37,917 bases of DNA from Elusimicrobiota bacterium (lineage in GTDB: Bacteria > Elusimicrobiota > Elusimicrobia > F11), in the NCBI GenBank assembly GCA_046153645.1, contig JBJXGI010000066.1, positions 1-37,917 on the forward strand. Direction: 5' to 3'. The translations under genes were made by a program, and so were the position numbers. Below are positions 9,575 through 18,664 of the stretch, piece by piece. The notes beneath the pieces were generated by a model that made no database searches, was not told where the DNA came from, and saw nothing but the letters and a program-made list of their open reading frames with translations. How positions within the stretch are numbered: the first letter of the stretch is position 1; every line of letters begins with the position of its first letter.

Positions 9575-10825
9575 ATGATTAAAAAATATCCCGTCGCTAT
9601 TATTGGAGCTGGGTTTGCCGCCCAAGAATTGGCCGAAACATTACTTCCTACTTTTAAACCCATTTTATTGGTTTCTGCCTATAATGGAGGGGACACTTAT
9701 CTTGATCAAATCACAGAACTTTTATCAGGGCAGAACTCTTCTTTAAAAGAATCTCTCGGGTCCTTATCAGAACTCATCCATGTGACAGAAGGTCCTTGTC
9801 ACTTTACAGGCTTAACTTCGTTCCAAATTAATGATGAGTTATATGAGGCTGATCAAATCGTTATCGCCACAGGAGCTCAGCCAACCATTCCTTCCATTCA
9901 AGGGGCAGAAGAATTTCAGTTACCAACTCCAGTTGAATTCTTCAGTGGTAACCCCGTAAAATCAGTGGCTATTATTGGAGCAGGCCCTGTTGGAGTTGCC
10001 ACCGCAATGTTGGCCCATCAAAAAGGAATGAGTGTTACTTTATTTACGAAAGGAAGACGCATTCTCACTCAAGAAGAACCTGAAATTTCAGAAGTGGTCC
10101 AACTTTTTTTAGAAAAACAAGGTATTAATGTCCAAGTCCGATCTCATTTGATTCAAATTAAAAAAATTCAAAACAAAGTTTATATTTTGTGGGAAAAAGA
10201 TGCGGAACGTCATGAGACGTATTTCGAAGAAACAGTGATCGCAACAGGAATGAAACCCAATACCAATTCTTTTCAGCTTGAGAAATGTGGAATCCATATT
10301 GATTTGGGAGGAAGAATCGCTACTGACGATCGAATGCGTTGCTCTAAAAAAAAGATATGGGCGATGGGGCCTTCGACTGGAACATTCCATTCAGGACTTG
10401 AACGCCATCAAGCCCAAATGATTTCACATAACCTAAGCGCCGCATTTTATGATCAACAACGCATTGAGTTGGAACCTTATCCCACGTTATTTCCTTTTAT
10501 CCCCTCCTTTAGCCGAATTGGTTTAAGAGAAGAAGAGGCGAAATTAAAATATAAAGATCTTTTAACGATAAAAGCGCCGATGAAAATAAAGGGAGATAAA
10601 ACCTCAGGTATTCTGAAAATATCTGCGAGAAAAAGGACTGCGGAAATTATAGGCGTTCATATGTTTGGCGAAGGTGCGGATTCTCTTATTTCTTTTTTTG
10701 ATCTTGTTATGCGAGCACAGATTCCACTAACCGAAATAAATGGAGCGCACCATTTACCTCCTTTTTCCCCTTCAGAATCAGCACGAAAAGCAATTGACCT
10801 CTGGCTAGAAGAATCAGAAAAATAA
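9575..10825 (+). CDS. Degenerate pyridine nucleotide-disulfide oxidoreductase (LpdA/MerA-like fold, no redox-active CxxxxC)
   Basis: IIGAG, IVIATGAQP, IIGAGPVG, ATGMKPN, IWAMG motifs and a C-terminal dimerisation domain. GGDTYLDQ sits where GGxCxxxGC is expected. Confidence 0.8.
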   Translation: MIKKYPVAIIGAGFAAQELAETLLPTFKPILLVSAYNGGDTYLDQITELLSGQNSSLKESLGSLSELIHVTEGPCHFTGLTSFQINDELYEADQIVIATGAQPTIPSIQGAEEFQLPTPVEFFSGNPVKSVAIIGAGPVGVATAMLAHQKGMSVTLFTKGRRILTQEEPEISEVVQLFLEKQGINVQVRSHLIQIKKIQNKVYILWEKDAERHETYFEETVIATGMKPNTNSFQLEKCGIHIDLGGRIATDDRMRCSKKKIWAMGPSTGTFHSGLERHQAQMISHNLSAAFYDQQRIELEPYPTLFPFIPSFSRIGLREEEAKLKYKDLLTIKAPMKIKGDKTSGILKISARKRTAEIIGVHMFGEGADSLISFFDLVMRAQIPLTEINGAHHLPPFSPSESARKAIDLWLEESEK

Positions 10826-10826
10826 C

Positions 10827-11072
10827 TTAGTTTATATCCCACTCCGATTCGCAGAGTTGCCCTATTCTTTCAAATTCTTCTCGCGTAATACGACCTTCTT
10901 CTTTCCAGCGCCGTAAACGTTTTAAAAAAGTTTTTCTTTCCTTTGGATCAGAAATGGGTTTATCTTCAATAACAATGGGTTTTTCAGCATCATGAATAAA
11001 ACCATATTTCCAGAGGGCAATATTAGAAGCAACCAAACAAAAAACAATGATAAGGAGAACAAAAGTAATCAT
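10827..11072 (-). CDS. Small single-pass membrane protein with SHOCT-like C-terminus
   Basis: N-terminal TM; RLRRWKEEGRITREEFER. Confidence 0.6.
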   Translation of the reverse strand: MITFVLLIIVFCLVASNIALWKYGFIHDAEKPIVIEDKPISDPKERKTFLKRLRRWKEEGRITREEFERIGQLCESEWDIN

Positions 11073-11075
11073 ATT

Positions 11076-11465
11076 TTATTTTAAAATTTCAAATTCTTTA
11101 GAACCGATTAACTTCCCATTTTTATCAACCACAATCAAAACCCATTTTCCAATTTTACCCTTTAAACTTTTCCAACTGTAAGTTCGATAAGGGGTTGAAG
11201 GAATTTTGAGTTTTTTAGAAGAATCTTCAATTCCATTAAAAATCCAAATGTGTTGAATTTCAGTGGGGCCTGTTTCACCAGAGATACGCGTCCAACCAAT
11301 GACGCCACTTGTCTGTGATGAAAACTGATCTGCTTGGCCGACCAAAGTTTTATCATCCATATCAGTTCCGATTTTAATTTCCACAGACAAATGACTATGC
11401 CGGGAAGCGGCCCATACCGACAAATAAATAAAAAAAGAAAAGATAATAAAAAATGCTTTTTTCAT
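11076..11465 (-). CDS. Exported DUF2914-like Ig-fold protein
   Basis: Signal peptide; IQHIW...YRTYSWKSL...GKWVLIVVD. Confidence 0.65.
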   Translation of the reverse strand: MKKAFFIIFSFFIYLSVWAASRHSHLSVEIKIGTDMDDKTLVGQADQFSSQTSGVIGWTRISGETGPTEIQHIWIFNGIEDSSKKLKIPSTPYRTYSWKSLKGKIGKWVLIVVDKNGKLIGSKEFEILK

Positions 11466-12511
11466 GATTCAACATTAATGGCCAGGGCCATCAAACTAGA
11501 AATTCGTTCACATATACCCAAGTCTCTTTCTTCAAAAGATTGAGCTGCATTTTTCCAAAGAACAAGAAAAGCTTGAGGCATATCTCTCCAAACAAGAATA
11601 GAAGTTAGTATCGAAATTTCTTCTGATTGAATAAAAGATTTCAACGTTCCCACCTCTGTATGAGAAAATAACCTGATTTCTGGTCGCCACTTTTTTTCGA
11701 TAACTTTTTTAACAATAAATTCAGGCAATTCAAAGCGTCGAGAAACAGTCTCTGTTGGTACATTGACTGCATCTAAAACAGTAAAAACAGGGGGCGAGGT
11801 CATCATATTTAATTTGCCGAAAACAAACCCTTCTGGCTTCCATAGTTCTTTGACCAAATGAGAAGTGAGGGCAAACAAATCAATTTTTCGTGGGAAATTG
11901 TGAATAAAAATTCTTAATAAATCGTCTGTTACTTTTTCTTTGAGCGCATCAGGCTGACGAATTTCAGCATTTAAATTCCTTTCTGAGGCAGACCCCATCA
12001 TCTTGCCTAAGGCCGCCAATCGCTCAACAGTTGAACGGTCAAATAAACAAACATCTCTATAATAAGCACAAAACACACCAGAGGTTTGGTTTTGCCCTAC
12101 CAAGGGAACCACCAAAAGGGATTTAAAACCTTCTTTATCTAAAAATTTCCATAACCAAGAAGGGCAATTTTCTTTTTCAATTAATTCAACCAAGGCCTCT
12201 ACTTTATGAGAATCCAAGGCCGTTAAATAAGGGGTCTGATCTTTGAGATGACTGGAACAGAGCGTATTAAACTTTGAATCAAAACCATCTTTCATTCCAT
12301 AAGAAACAACGGACACCAAATGACCTGATTCATTTTTTTTGAGAAAATGCCCTTCACTGGCTCCAATGGTCCTACAAAAAATATCTAAAAACCGAGAATA
12401 GCTAGAATCTTGGAATGAGAACGGTTGAATTAAGAAACCATCAAGCGCAGAAAGAAACTCTTCTAAATCCGGGCGATCTAAGGCAGGCCCTGAATATCGC
12501 TCTGAACTCAT
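11462..12511 (-). CDS. Stand-alone GAF-domain protein (probably tandem GAF)
   Basis: GFKSLLVVPLVGQNQTSGVFCAYY...F; the C-terminal half ends in a GAF-like AFLVLW...FEERDL...ISSLMALAI. No output domain. Confidence 0.7.
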   Translation of the reverse strand: MSSERYSGPALDRPDLEEFLSALDGFLIQPFSFQDSSYSRFLDIFCRTIGASEGHFLKKNESGHLVSVVSYGMKDGFDSKFNTLCSSHLKDQTPYLTALDSHKVEALVELIEKENCPSWLWKFLDKEGFKSLLVVPLVGQNQTSGVFCAYYRDVCLFDRSTVERLAALGKMMGSASERNLNAEIRQPDALKEKVTDDLLRIFIHNFPRKIDLFALTSHLVKELWKPEGFVFGKLNMMTSPPVFTVLDAVNVPTETVSRRFELPEFIVKKVIEKKWRPEIRLFSHTEVGTLKSFIQSEEISILTSILVWRDMPQAFLVLWKNAAQSFEERDLGICERISSLMALAINVES

Positions 12512-12517
12512 AATAAA

Positions 12518-12997
12518 CTATTTTTTTCTCAAGCTCACTTTTTTAGTGGCCCGCGCAATGGCAATGGTTGGATTTTTGACAATACTCAAGAAATCTTTGA
12601 AGGCCCCCGTCAGAGCTTTTTGTTTTTTGGGGTCACTAAATTTAACACCTAAGGACCAATTTCCATCTGAAGAATGGCGGGCCCACAAAATTTTTCCTTC
12701 AACAAAGGGTGAACCATCATCGTCGTAAAATAAATCTTGTACTTTTAAGGCTGACCCTTTAGAAAATTCAATATCTTCGAAACGCACCTGTTTAGCATCT
12801 TTCTCAGATTTAGATTTTTTTTCTACTAATGCCGCCGTTAAACCTTTAGAAGATTCTAACTGCATCCCTTCTTCATTTACATCTTTCGCCCACATTTCCA
12901 TTTCAACAATTTCGTCTCCATACTTAGGAATAGAGCAACGCACCAGAACAGCCACTTGCCAGCGTTTTTTTCGACGACGTTCAGATGTTTTCTTCAT
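12518..12997 (-). CDS. PilZ-domain protein
   Basis: ERRRKKR (RxxxR), DVNEEG (D/NxSxxG variant), GKILWAR...LGVKF; AAGGAG SD. Confidence 0.75.
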   Translation of the reverse strand: MKKTSERRRKKRWQVAVLVRCSIPKYGDEIVEMEMWAKDVNEEGMQLESSKGLTAALVEKKSKSEKDAKQVRFEDIEFSKGSALKVQDLFYDDDGSPFVEGKILWARHSSDGNWSLGVKFSDPKKQKALTGAFKDFLSIVKNPTIAIARATKKVSLRKK

Positions 12998-13169
12998 AAA
13001 ATTCTCCTTCGGAAATGATGATCACTTTGACGATAACTCAAATAGCACTCGCACTAAAGAGACCTATTATAAATGAATTAGAGCCTTCCAGTATTGAGAA
13101 ATATGGAATTTGTAATTTTTTTTAAGTATAGGGATGAATTGAATAGAAATGTCATAAATAAAATTTGGG

Positions 13170-13304
13170 ACATCGGACTTGACCAAGGCAAGCCGCGCCA
13201 CCGCTTTTCGAGAATTAGCAGACTTGGTTGATAAAGGAATGCTCCAGCAAACAGGAAGTGAACGGAGTATTTCATATAAGATTATTTTTTCTAAAAAGAA
13301 CTGA
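13170..13304 (+). pseudogene. 3' remnant of a Fic/DUF4172-type protein (C-terminal wHTH)
   Basis: 13179-13304 reads LTKASRATAFRELADLVDKGMLQQTGSERSISYK...stop. An in-frame stop lies at 13155 and there is no plausible start for a full gene. Confidence 0.65.
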
Positions 13305-13317
13305 TCGGATTACTTAT
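13301..13317 (+). repeat. Direct repeat copy 1 (ctgatcggattact)
   Basis: 14-bp exact, 16/17 match to 32890-32906; the 10-bp core also occurs at 21741. Confidence 0.55.
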
Positions 13318-13356
13318 TAGAAAAGCAACCAAATCAATCTCTTTATCAGGTTTTTT

Positions 13357-14007
13357 CTAGAAACGATAACCCAACCGCAAAAACGCACTGGGGACATTGA
13401 TCGCATCTGTCCCAAACTCATCATTATCCACGCCGAATACATGCCAATTCCCTTCCACGGCCGCCAGCAAACGTTCGGAAATCGAAAATTCAACTCCAAT
13501 TCCGCCAGAAACAGCATAACCGGTTGAAGAGTCATCAGCAACCACTCTTTCTTCCCGAGTTCCCGTGTCGGACCATGTCGTACCGTTCTTGGGCCTTCCT
13601 TTGGTCTCCTGCGCGAAACGCGTAATACCAACACCTGCCGACAAATAAGGTCTCATTTTCCTATCAACTCGGAAACTGTATCGCCCGACTAACTCCGCTG
13701 TCCAGGCCGTTGAATCCGACTTGGCGTTGAGGTTTCCATTGGCAAGAACAATACTGCGGTCTTCCCCTGAAAAGGAAAAATAATCTGATTGAATTCCAAC
13801 TCCCAAACGATCTGAGATGTGCCGGAGATATTGGACTCCACCGGCTATCCCCGCTTTTGCTGAATCACTGAAATCATTCGCGGATGTCGGAAATGCGCCA
13901 CCAGCTCGAATGCTGATTTGGTTGGCGCCCCCCACGGCCGCTTGGGACGAGCTTGCAAAGAATGAAACAAATACAACAAATAAACTTAATCTACCGAGCA
14001 TTTTCAT
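13357..14007 (-). CDS. Outer-membrane beta-barrel (OmpA/OmpW-like, 8-stranded)
   Basis: Signal peptide, amphipathic strands, RPYLSAGVG, C-terminal LGYRF; AGGAGG SD. Confidence 0.85.
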   Translation of the reverse strand: MKMLGRLSLFVVFVSFFASSSQAAVGGANQISIRAGGAFPTSANDFSDSAKAGIAGGVQYLRHISDRLGVGIQSDYFSFSGEDRSIVLANGNLNAKSDSTAWTAELVGRYSFRVDRKMRPYLSAGVGITRFAQETKGRPKNGTTWSDTGTREERVVADDSSTGYAVSGGIGVEFSISERLLAAVEGNWHVFGVDNDEFGTDAINVPSAFLRLGYRF

Positions 14008-14025
14008 GAATTCCTCCTATATAAA

Positions 14026-14640
14026 TTATCGAAACCTGAATACGGGGGCGTCGCAATCACATTCAGAACCAACATCCGAAATCTTATTCGTGAAGTCGGT
14101 CACCATGGTTCCCTGGGTATCACTCGAAACAACGAATGGATTGCTTAAAGCCATCGGGTCAGTCGCAATCATGCCGTTTGCACTATTGTTTCCATTAACC
14201 GATAAATAAATACACATCTTGTCTTCAACCTGAGACAACATGGTTCCTGTTCCCGTGATAACTGTTCCATCGGGACATGTCGATGTTTCAGCTGGCACGT
14301 TCGTCCGAAACAAATCGCGGGTATAGAGTGTGTTTGCCACACAATCATTGCCGTCATTGGCAATGGGGCGATATTGAAGGATGTCGCTCATTTTCCAAGC
14401 AACACATTGATAGGTGCCGTTGTTCACATTGACCTGACCAAAAGACGGACCGTTAACCATATTTTGATAAGAGGGATTTGGATCATTATAAACGCGAGTC
14501 ATATTTGTGCAATTCGCGTTCGGAGACACCCACAGCTCGTATATCTTGATGTTGACTTCAGATGGGCTGGTAGCGGCACCGACATTTTGAGTCAATAGCA
14601 CTACAATCGATAAAACCAATGCAAAATAATTTTTTTTCAT
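14026..14640 (-). CDS. Secreted cysteine-rich hypothetical protein
   Basis: Signal peptide ending VGA; 7 Cys; Asn/Thr-rich. Confidence 0.75.
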   Translation of the reverse strand: MKKNYFALVLSIVVLLTQNVGAATSPSEVNIKIYELWVSPNANCTNMTRVYNDPNPSYQNMVNGPSFGQVNVNNGTYQCVAWKMSDILQYRPIANDGNDCVANTLYTRDLFRTNVPAETSTCPDGTVITGTGTMLSQVEDKMCIYLSVNGNNSANGMIATDPMALSNPFVVSSDTQGTMVTDFTNKISDVGSECDCDAPVFRFR

Positions 14641-14804
14641 TGTGCAGCCCCCTGTAATGTGACAATGCTCTGAGAGGATACCCCTCCACCGGAGCGAGTG
14701 ACCGACGAATCTTTTTTCTTATTGCAACCGGCGAAAAAACCGGCAACAAATACAATTGAAAAAAGACCCACTATCAAACGACGACATTTGATTGTATTTT
14801 TCAT
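14637..14804 (-). CDS. Small lipoprotein (55 aa)
   Basis: AAGGAG SD, MKNTIKCRRLIVGLFSIVFVAGFFAG-C lipobox, ATGA overlap with the next gene. Confidence 0.7.
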   Translation of the reverse strand: MKNTIKCRRLIVGLFSIVFVAGFFAGCNKKKDSSVTRSGGGVSSQSIVTLQGAAQ

Positions 14805-14824
14805 TATGCTCTCCTTAATAAGAA

Positions 14825-15307
14825 TCACGAACACTTGACTCTGAATTTGGATTCGACCAATGGCTGACCATTCCACAGCACTTTTACTTGCCACTCGCCA
14901 TTGTGAGGTTTGTTGAGATCTGTTTCGTCCCCGCGCGATCTAAAATCTCCCAGAGTACCGCCTGATTTGTCTTGAAACTCAAGCCAGACATAAGCAGTTT
15001 GGCGGCCGGGAGGTAAAAATTCAATATCATTTTTAAAATTTTCCTCTTCAATCCCATTGGGATTGATCCATTTTCCTTCGAGAGTATGTTTTCCGACGGC
15101 CCGTTTGGGAAGCGTGATATATCCATGAATCGTCTCAGAGCATGAAAATTCAGCCACTGGTTCGAGCCCGTCAAATTTATTGGTAAGAACCAATTTGGGC
15201 TGACGTTTGATTTGATGGGCCTTTATTCCCTCATTAACCATAAGGAAACTAACCATCACGAAAAAGAAGAGGGTTTTGGTTTTGGGAACTGATATCATTT
15301 TCTTCAT
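14825..15307 (-). CDS. Exported beta-sandwich hypothetical protein
   Basis: Signal peptide; W.NPNG, GEWQVKVLWNG...F pattern. Start moved to ATG 15307 from promoter geometry. Confidence 0.7.
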   Translation of the reverse strand: MKKMISVPKTKTLFFFVMVSFLMVNEGIKAHQIKRQPKLVLTNKFDGLEPVAEFSCSETIHGYITLPKRAVGKHTLEGKWINPNGIEEENFKNDIEFLPPGRQTAYVWLEFQDKSGGTLGDFRSRGDETDLNKPHNGEWQVKVLWNGQPLVESKFRVKCS

Positions 15308-15313
15308 GGCAAA

Positions 15314-15347
15314 AATATAAAGGACTTCCATGACAAAACAGTGACAG
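15314..15347 (-). promoter_or_regulatory. Pho-box-like direct repeat plus -10
   Basis: Minus strand CTGTCAC-tgtt-TTGTCAT, 10 nt, TATATT, 6 nt, ATG. Confidence 0.55.
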
Positions 15348-15512
15348 GAACAGGAAAAAATAGTGAATATTCAAATGGAAGGGTTTAGTTAGTTTTTATC
15401 CAAAACGATGCAGGCACTTTAAAAATTTTACTTTCTTTTCCAATTGGCCCAATTCAAAACCAGAGCAAAACTGACCCATCCGGCGAAAAATGAGAGGGCG
15501 ATATCTTATTCA

Positions 15513-16019
15513 TCAATCTTTGTAAGCTTTGATCCAATCCACATCCAAATAGAAGGATCCTTCTTGCTTATCCGAAATCAAAAGTCCAAGTGATTTTATT
15601 CTTTCAGATTTCAACTGGGAAACGAAAGGTATTTTTATTGCGCGATACTTGGCTTTGGCTTCTTTTAAAGAAAGCCGTACATCGCCCCAACTTTCTTTGA
15701 CCGTGTTAAAAGAAACCTCATAGCACAATCCGTCTGGCCCTGTGTTTGTTTTCAAGCGCAATTTATATTTTTTCCCATCACCTCGGATTCGCAATTCAAT
15801 TCCGTCATAACCGGCCAAAGATACCGTCAGTGGACGGGTTCGAATAGAGGAAAAACCACCATTATTTTCAAAAGAGACACTGCCTCGAAACTGCGCAACC
15901 CCTGGCTCCAGTTGAAAAATAGAACCTAATGAAACACCGCCCATCACACCATCATTAATCGAATACCACTGGTCAATTTCTTGGGGTTTATCAAAATTAA
16001 AAAGAGTGATGCTGTTCAT
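15513..16019 (-). CDS. CIA30-family protein
   Basis: W.SINDGVMGGVS, FRGSVSFENNGGFSSIR, RGDGKKY, LLISDKQEG.F. Confidence 0.9.
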   Translation of the reverse strand: MNSITLFNFDKPQEIDQWYSINDGVMGGVSLGSIFQLEPGVAQFRGSVSFENNGGFSSIRTRPLTVSLAGYDGIELRIRGDGKKYKLRLKTNTGPDGLCYEVSFNTVKESWGDVRLSLKEAKAKYRAIKIPFVSQLKSERIKSLGLLISDKQEGSFYLDVDWIKAYKD

Positions 16020-16039
16020 ATTTTCAACAGTGGTCTGTG

Positions 16040-17488
16040 CTACGCCTGTTCCGCGCGTTCCTTAATTTCTTTTAACATCCCAGAAAAAATTGCTTTATGC
16101 AGCGGGTAAAGTAAATACCAATAAAGGAGTCCTCCAATTCCAGAGGGATCAAAAATGGCCGTTTGGCGAATCGTCGAACCCATCCCGTCGGCCTCTATTT
16201 CAAACTGAAGCCAAGCACGACCGGGAAGTTTCATTTCCGCTTTTAATCTCAATAGTTTGTTGGGTTCGAAGGCTTCCACTCGCCAAAAATCCAAAGTCTC
16301 CCCTACCCTGATTTCTGTAGGATGTCGTCGTCCTCGGCGAAGCCCCACGCCCCCAATCAACAAATCAAGATATCCGCGCAGTTTCCATAAAAAAGTCCCG
16401 CAATACCAACCGTTGGTTCCACCAATTTTTTTAATGGGATCAAACGATTTCACCGGAGAAACCGAAATCCGTACGCTGCGTGAATCAATAATTCGTGTCC
16501 CAAATTGATCACCGCCCCATTTCTCAGAAAGTCCCCCAGATGAAATGGCATCGCACCAACGTGTTTGGGAGAATTCTTGGTCTTCATTTTTCAAAGCGCT
16601 CGCAATCGCTTCTTCGACTCCTTTTGGTGTAATCCCAAAAAGGGCCTGCGCGGAATGATCATGAACAACAGTGGGATGTCGAATACTTTTAACCAACGTT
16701 TTCCCGATACGGGCATACACCGGCGTCACAAGACCCAACCAAAGCCCCGATAAATGCGGAGTGAGAACGGGAACAGGGATCATTAACCGTTTTAATCCGC
16801 GCTGGCGGGCATATTCGTCCATAATCTCTCCATAGGAGACTTGATCACGACCACCAATTTCAAAAATTTTGTTTTCATTGAGGGGAAGGTCAATGGCCTT
16901 CATGAGGAATTCGAGCAAGTCGCCAATTGCAATGGGTTGAGTCTGAATTCGGACCCAACGCGGCGTGATCATGATGGGCAAACGCTCAACCAAAGCACGC
17001 ACCATTTCAAATGACAAACTGCCCGATCCAATCACAATGGAGGCCCGCAACTCCAAACAAATCCCGCCGAAACCTCGGAGAATTTTTCCCACTTCATGGC
17101 GACTGCGAAGGTGTGGCGAAAGATTTAATTGATCATCTCCGAGACCCCCCAAATAAATAATCCGTTTCACGCCTTGAGATCGCGCTGCCTGAGCAAAATT
17201 TTCAGCTCCTGCTCGTTCTAGTTCTTCAAACCGTTCCCCCTCCTGCATGGAATGAATCAAGTAGAAAGCCGTGTCGACCCCACTGAGAGCTTTATTTAAA
17301 CTGTCCAAGTCCGAAACATCCCCCGCTACAATCTCGGTTGTGGGTTTAGTTTTGGCTCGTAAATTCTCCGGTCGGCGAACCATACAGCGAATATTCGCCC
17401 CCGACTCCTCGAGGGCTTTAAATAGTCGCCCACCTACATATCCAGTGGCACCGGTTACGAGAATTATCTTCGATCTAAAAGAATTCAT
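16040..17488 (-). CDS. Atypical SDR + DUF2867 protein (YbjT-like)
   Basis: TGATGYVG, FYLIHSM, LRSRHEVG, GSGSLSFE, LDFWRVE...AEMKLPGRAWL. Confidence 0.9.
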   Translation of the reverse strand: MNSFRSKIILVTGATGYVGGRLFKALEESGANIRCMVRRPENLRAKTKPTTEIVAGDVSDLDSLNKALSGVDTAFYLIHSMQEGERFEELERAGAENFAQAARSQGVKRIIYLGGLGDDQLNLSPHLRSRHEVGKILRGFGGICLELRASIVIGSGSLSFEMVRALVERLPIMITPRWVRIQTQPIAIGDLLEFLMKAIDLPLNENKIFEIGGRDQVSYGEIMDEYARQRGLKRLMIPVPVLTPHLSGLWLGLVTPVYARIGKTLVKSIRHPTVVHDHSAQALFGITPKGVEEAIASALKNEDQEFSQTRWCDAISSGGLSEKWGGDQFGTRIIDSRSVRISVSPVKSFDPIKKIGGTNGWYCGTFLWKLRGYLDLLIGGVGLRRGRRHPTEIRVGETLDFWRVEAFEPNKLLRLKAEMKLPGRAWLQFEIEADGMGSTIRQTAIFDPSGIGGLLYWYLLYPLHKAIFSGMLKEIKERAEQA

Positions 17489-17549
17489 ATTTTTTCACAA
17501 AGTAAAAAAAGTTCCTTTCGCCAAAAAGATAATCACGAAAACAACAGGT

Positions 17550-17966
17550 TTAGCTGCCCTGGTAAGAAACAAAATTATTTTCTGTCTCGATGAGTCTTAC
17601 TTCATGAAGCAGCCGAGGAGGTAGATGTTTGGTGAGCATCGCCCAGATGACAACGGCAATGTTCTCGGCGGTGGGGATGATGCCCTTTAAAGCGGGCACG
17701 TCCATATTTAGGTTTTTGTGATCAAGACCTCGTTCGATGACCTGGATCATCACGTCATTAAGATGGCGCAGGTTGTAAACCATTCCTGTGCGCGGGTCGA
17801 TCGGGCCAAAGAGTGTAACTTCTAAAGTAAAATTGTGACCGTGGCCATTGGGATTGTTGCACTTGCCAAATACCGCTCTGTTCGCTTTCGCCGACAAAGC
17901 TTTATTGTGCAAGCGGTGGCTGGCCGAAAACGTCATGCGTCGAGTGATGAAGACTTTGGGGCTCAT
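17550..17966 (-). CDS. 6-pyruvoyl-tetrahydropterin synthase, PTPS-II type
   Basis: FSASHRLH...FGKCNNPNGHGHN (CX5HGH), LDHKNLN, PTAENIA, ETENN. Confidence 0.85.
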   Translation of the reverse strand: MSPKVFITRRMTFSASHRLHNKALSAKANRAVFGKCNNPNGHGHNFTLEVTLFGPIDPRTGMVYNLRHLNDVMIQVIERGLDHKNLNMDVPALKGIIPTAENIAVVIWAMLTKHLPPRLLHEVRLIETENNFVSYQGS

Positions 17967-18664
17967 AGATTTGTCTCCAATGGAATGGTTGTCCCTGACA
18001 TTTTTGTGAGGGAAGGGGATTCAGTTATTTCTGCCACCACGCGGGCAATATCGGCGGGCACCGCTCCCGCTTTAAGCCCGGGCGCGGCCTTGGCAAGCAT
18101 GGCCGTTTCCACCGCACCAGGAGCAACGCAAACCACTGTCACACCCTGCAAGCTAGCCTCAACAGCAAGCGCCGCGGTCAGCCCAGTCATTCCATACTTA
18201 CTGATGGTATAAGCCGAAATTCCGGGAAATTTTTCTGTCCCCTGTACTCCTGCAAGCGATCCAATATTTACAATGACGCGACCGAGCGGCCTAGCTCGCA
18301 TAAACTCACGGCTGAACAAAAAAGGGCCGCGCAAATTTGTTCGCATGGTTGCGTCCCACTCCTTTACTGAAGTTTCAAGAAACGGTTTCTTATATAAAAC
18401 AGCGGCGTTATTAACGAGGATATCAACAAAACCAAATCGCTTGCGCGCAGCCGCAAAAACCGAGCGCGCGAATTTTTCATCGCCAACGTTTCCCACAAGA
18501 CTCAGCAAGCGTTCTCCACCACCGATGCTGCTCGCTGTTTTTTTCAAGCGGCTTGCCGTGCGGCCGACAATAACTACAGGCCGGCCTCGTCGAAAAAATT
18601 CGGCAGCGCAGGCCGCGCCAATGCCGCTCCCACCGCCTGTTATGAGCGCCGCACCATTCGTCAT
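17963..18664 (-). CDS. Classical SDR oxidoreductase
   Basis: TGGGSGIG, LVNNA, YTISK, PGAVET; ATGA overlaps at both ends. Confidence 0.9.
   Translation of the reverse strand: MTNGAALITGGGSGIGAACAAEFFRRGRPVVIVGRTASRLKKTASSIGGGERLLSLVGNVGDEKFARSVFAAARKRFGFVDILVNNAAVLYKKPFLETSVKEWDATMRTNLRGPFLFSREFMRARPLGRVIVNIGSLAGVQGTEKFPGISAYTISKYGMTGLTAALAVEASLQGVTVVCVAPGAVETAMLAKAAPGLKAGAVPADIARVVAEITESPSLTKMSGTTIPLETNL

Noticed and set aside
9575..10825. Calling this gene merA or lpdA
   Set aside because: The catalytic CxxxxC and the MerA C-terminal CC are absent.
13042..13067. CIRCE-like atagcactc-N8-gagacctat upstream of the PilZ gene
   Set aside because: The spacer is 8 rather than 9 nt, the right arm has 3 mismatches, and the downstream gene is not a chaperone.
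13078..13275. 65-aa minus-strand ORF
   Set aside because: Shadow of the plus-strand Fic remnant; no recognisable features.
17550..17966. Calling this gene queD (queuosine or 7-deazaguanine DNA modification)
   Set aside because: The motif is CX5HGH rather than CX3HGH, and no queE, queC or dpdA is nearby.
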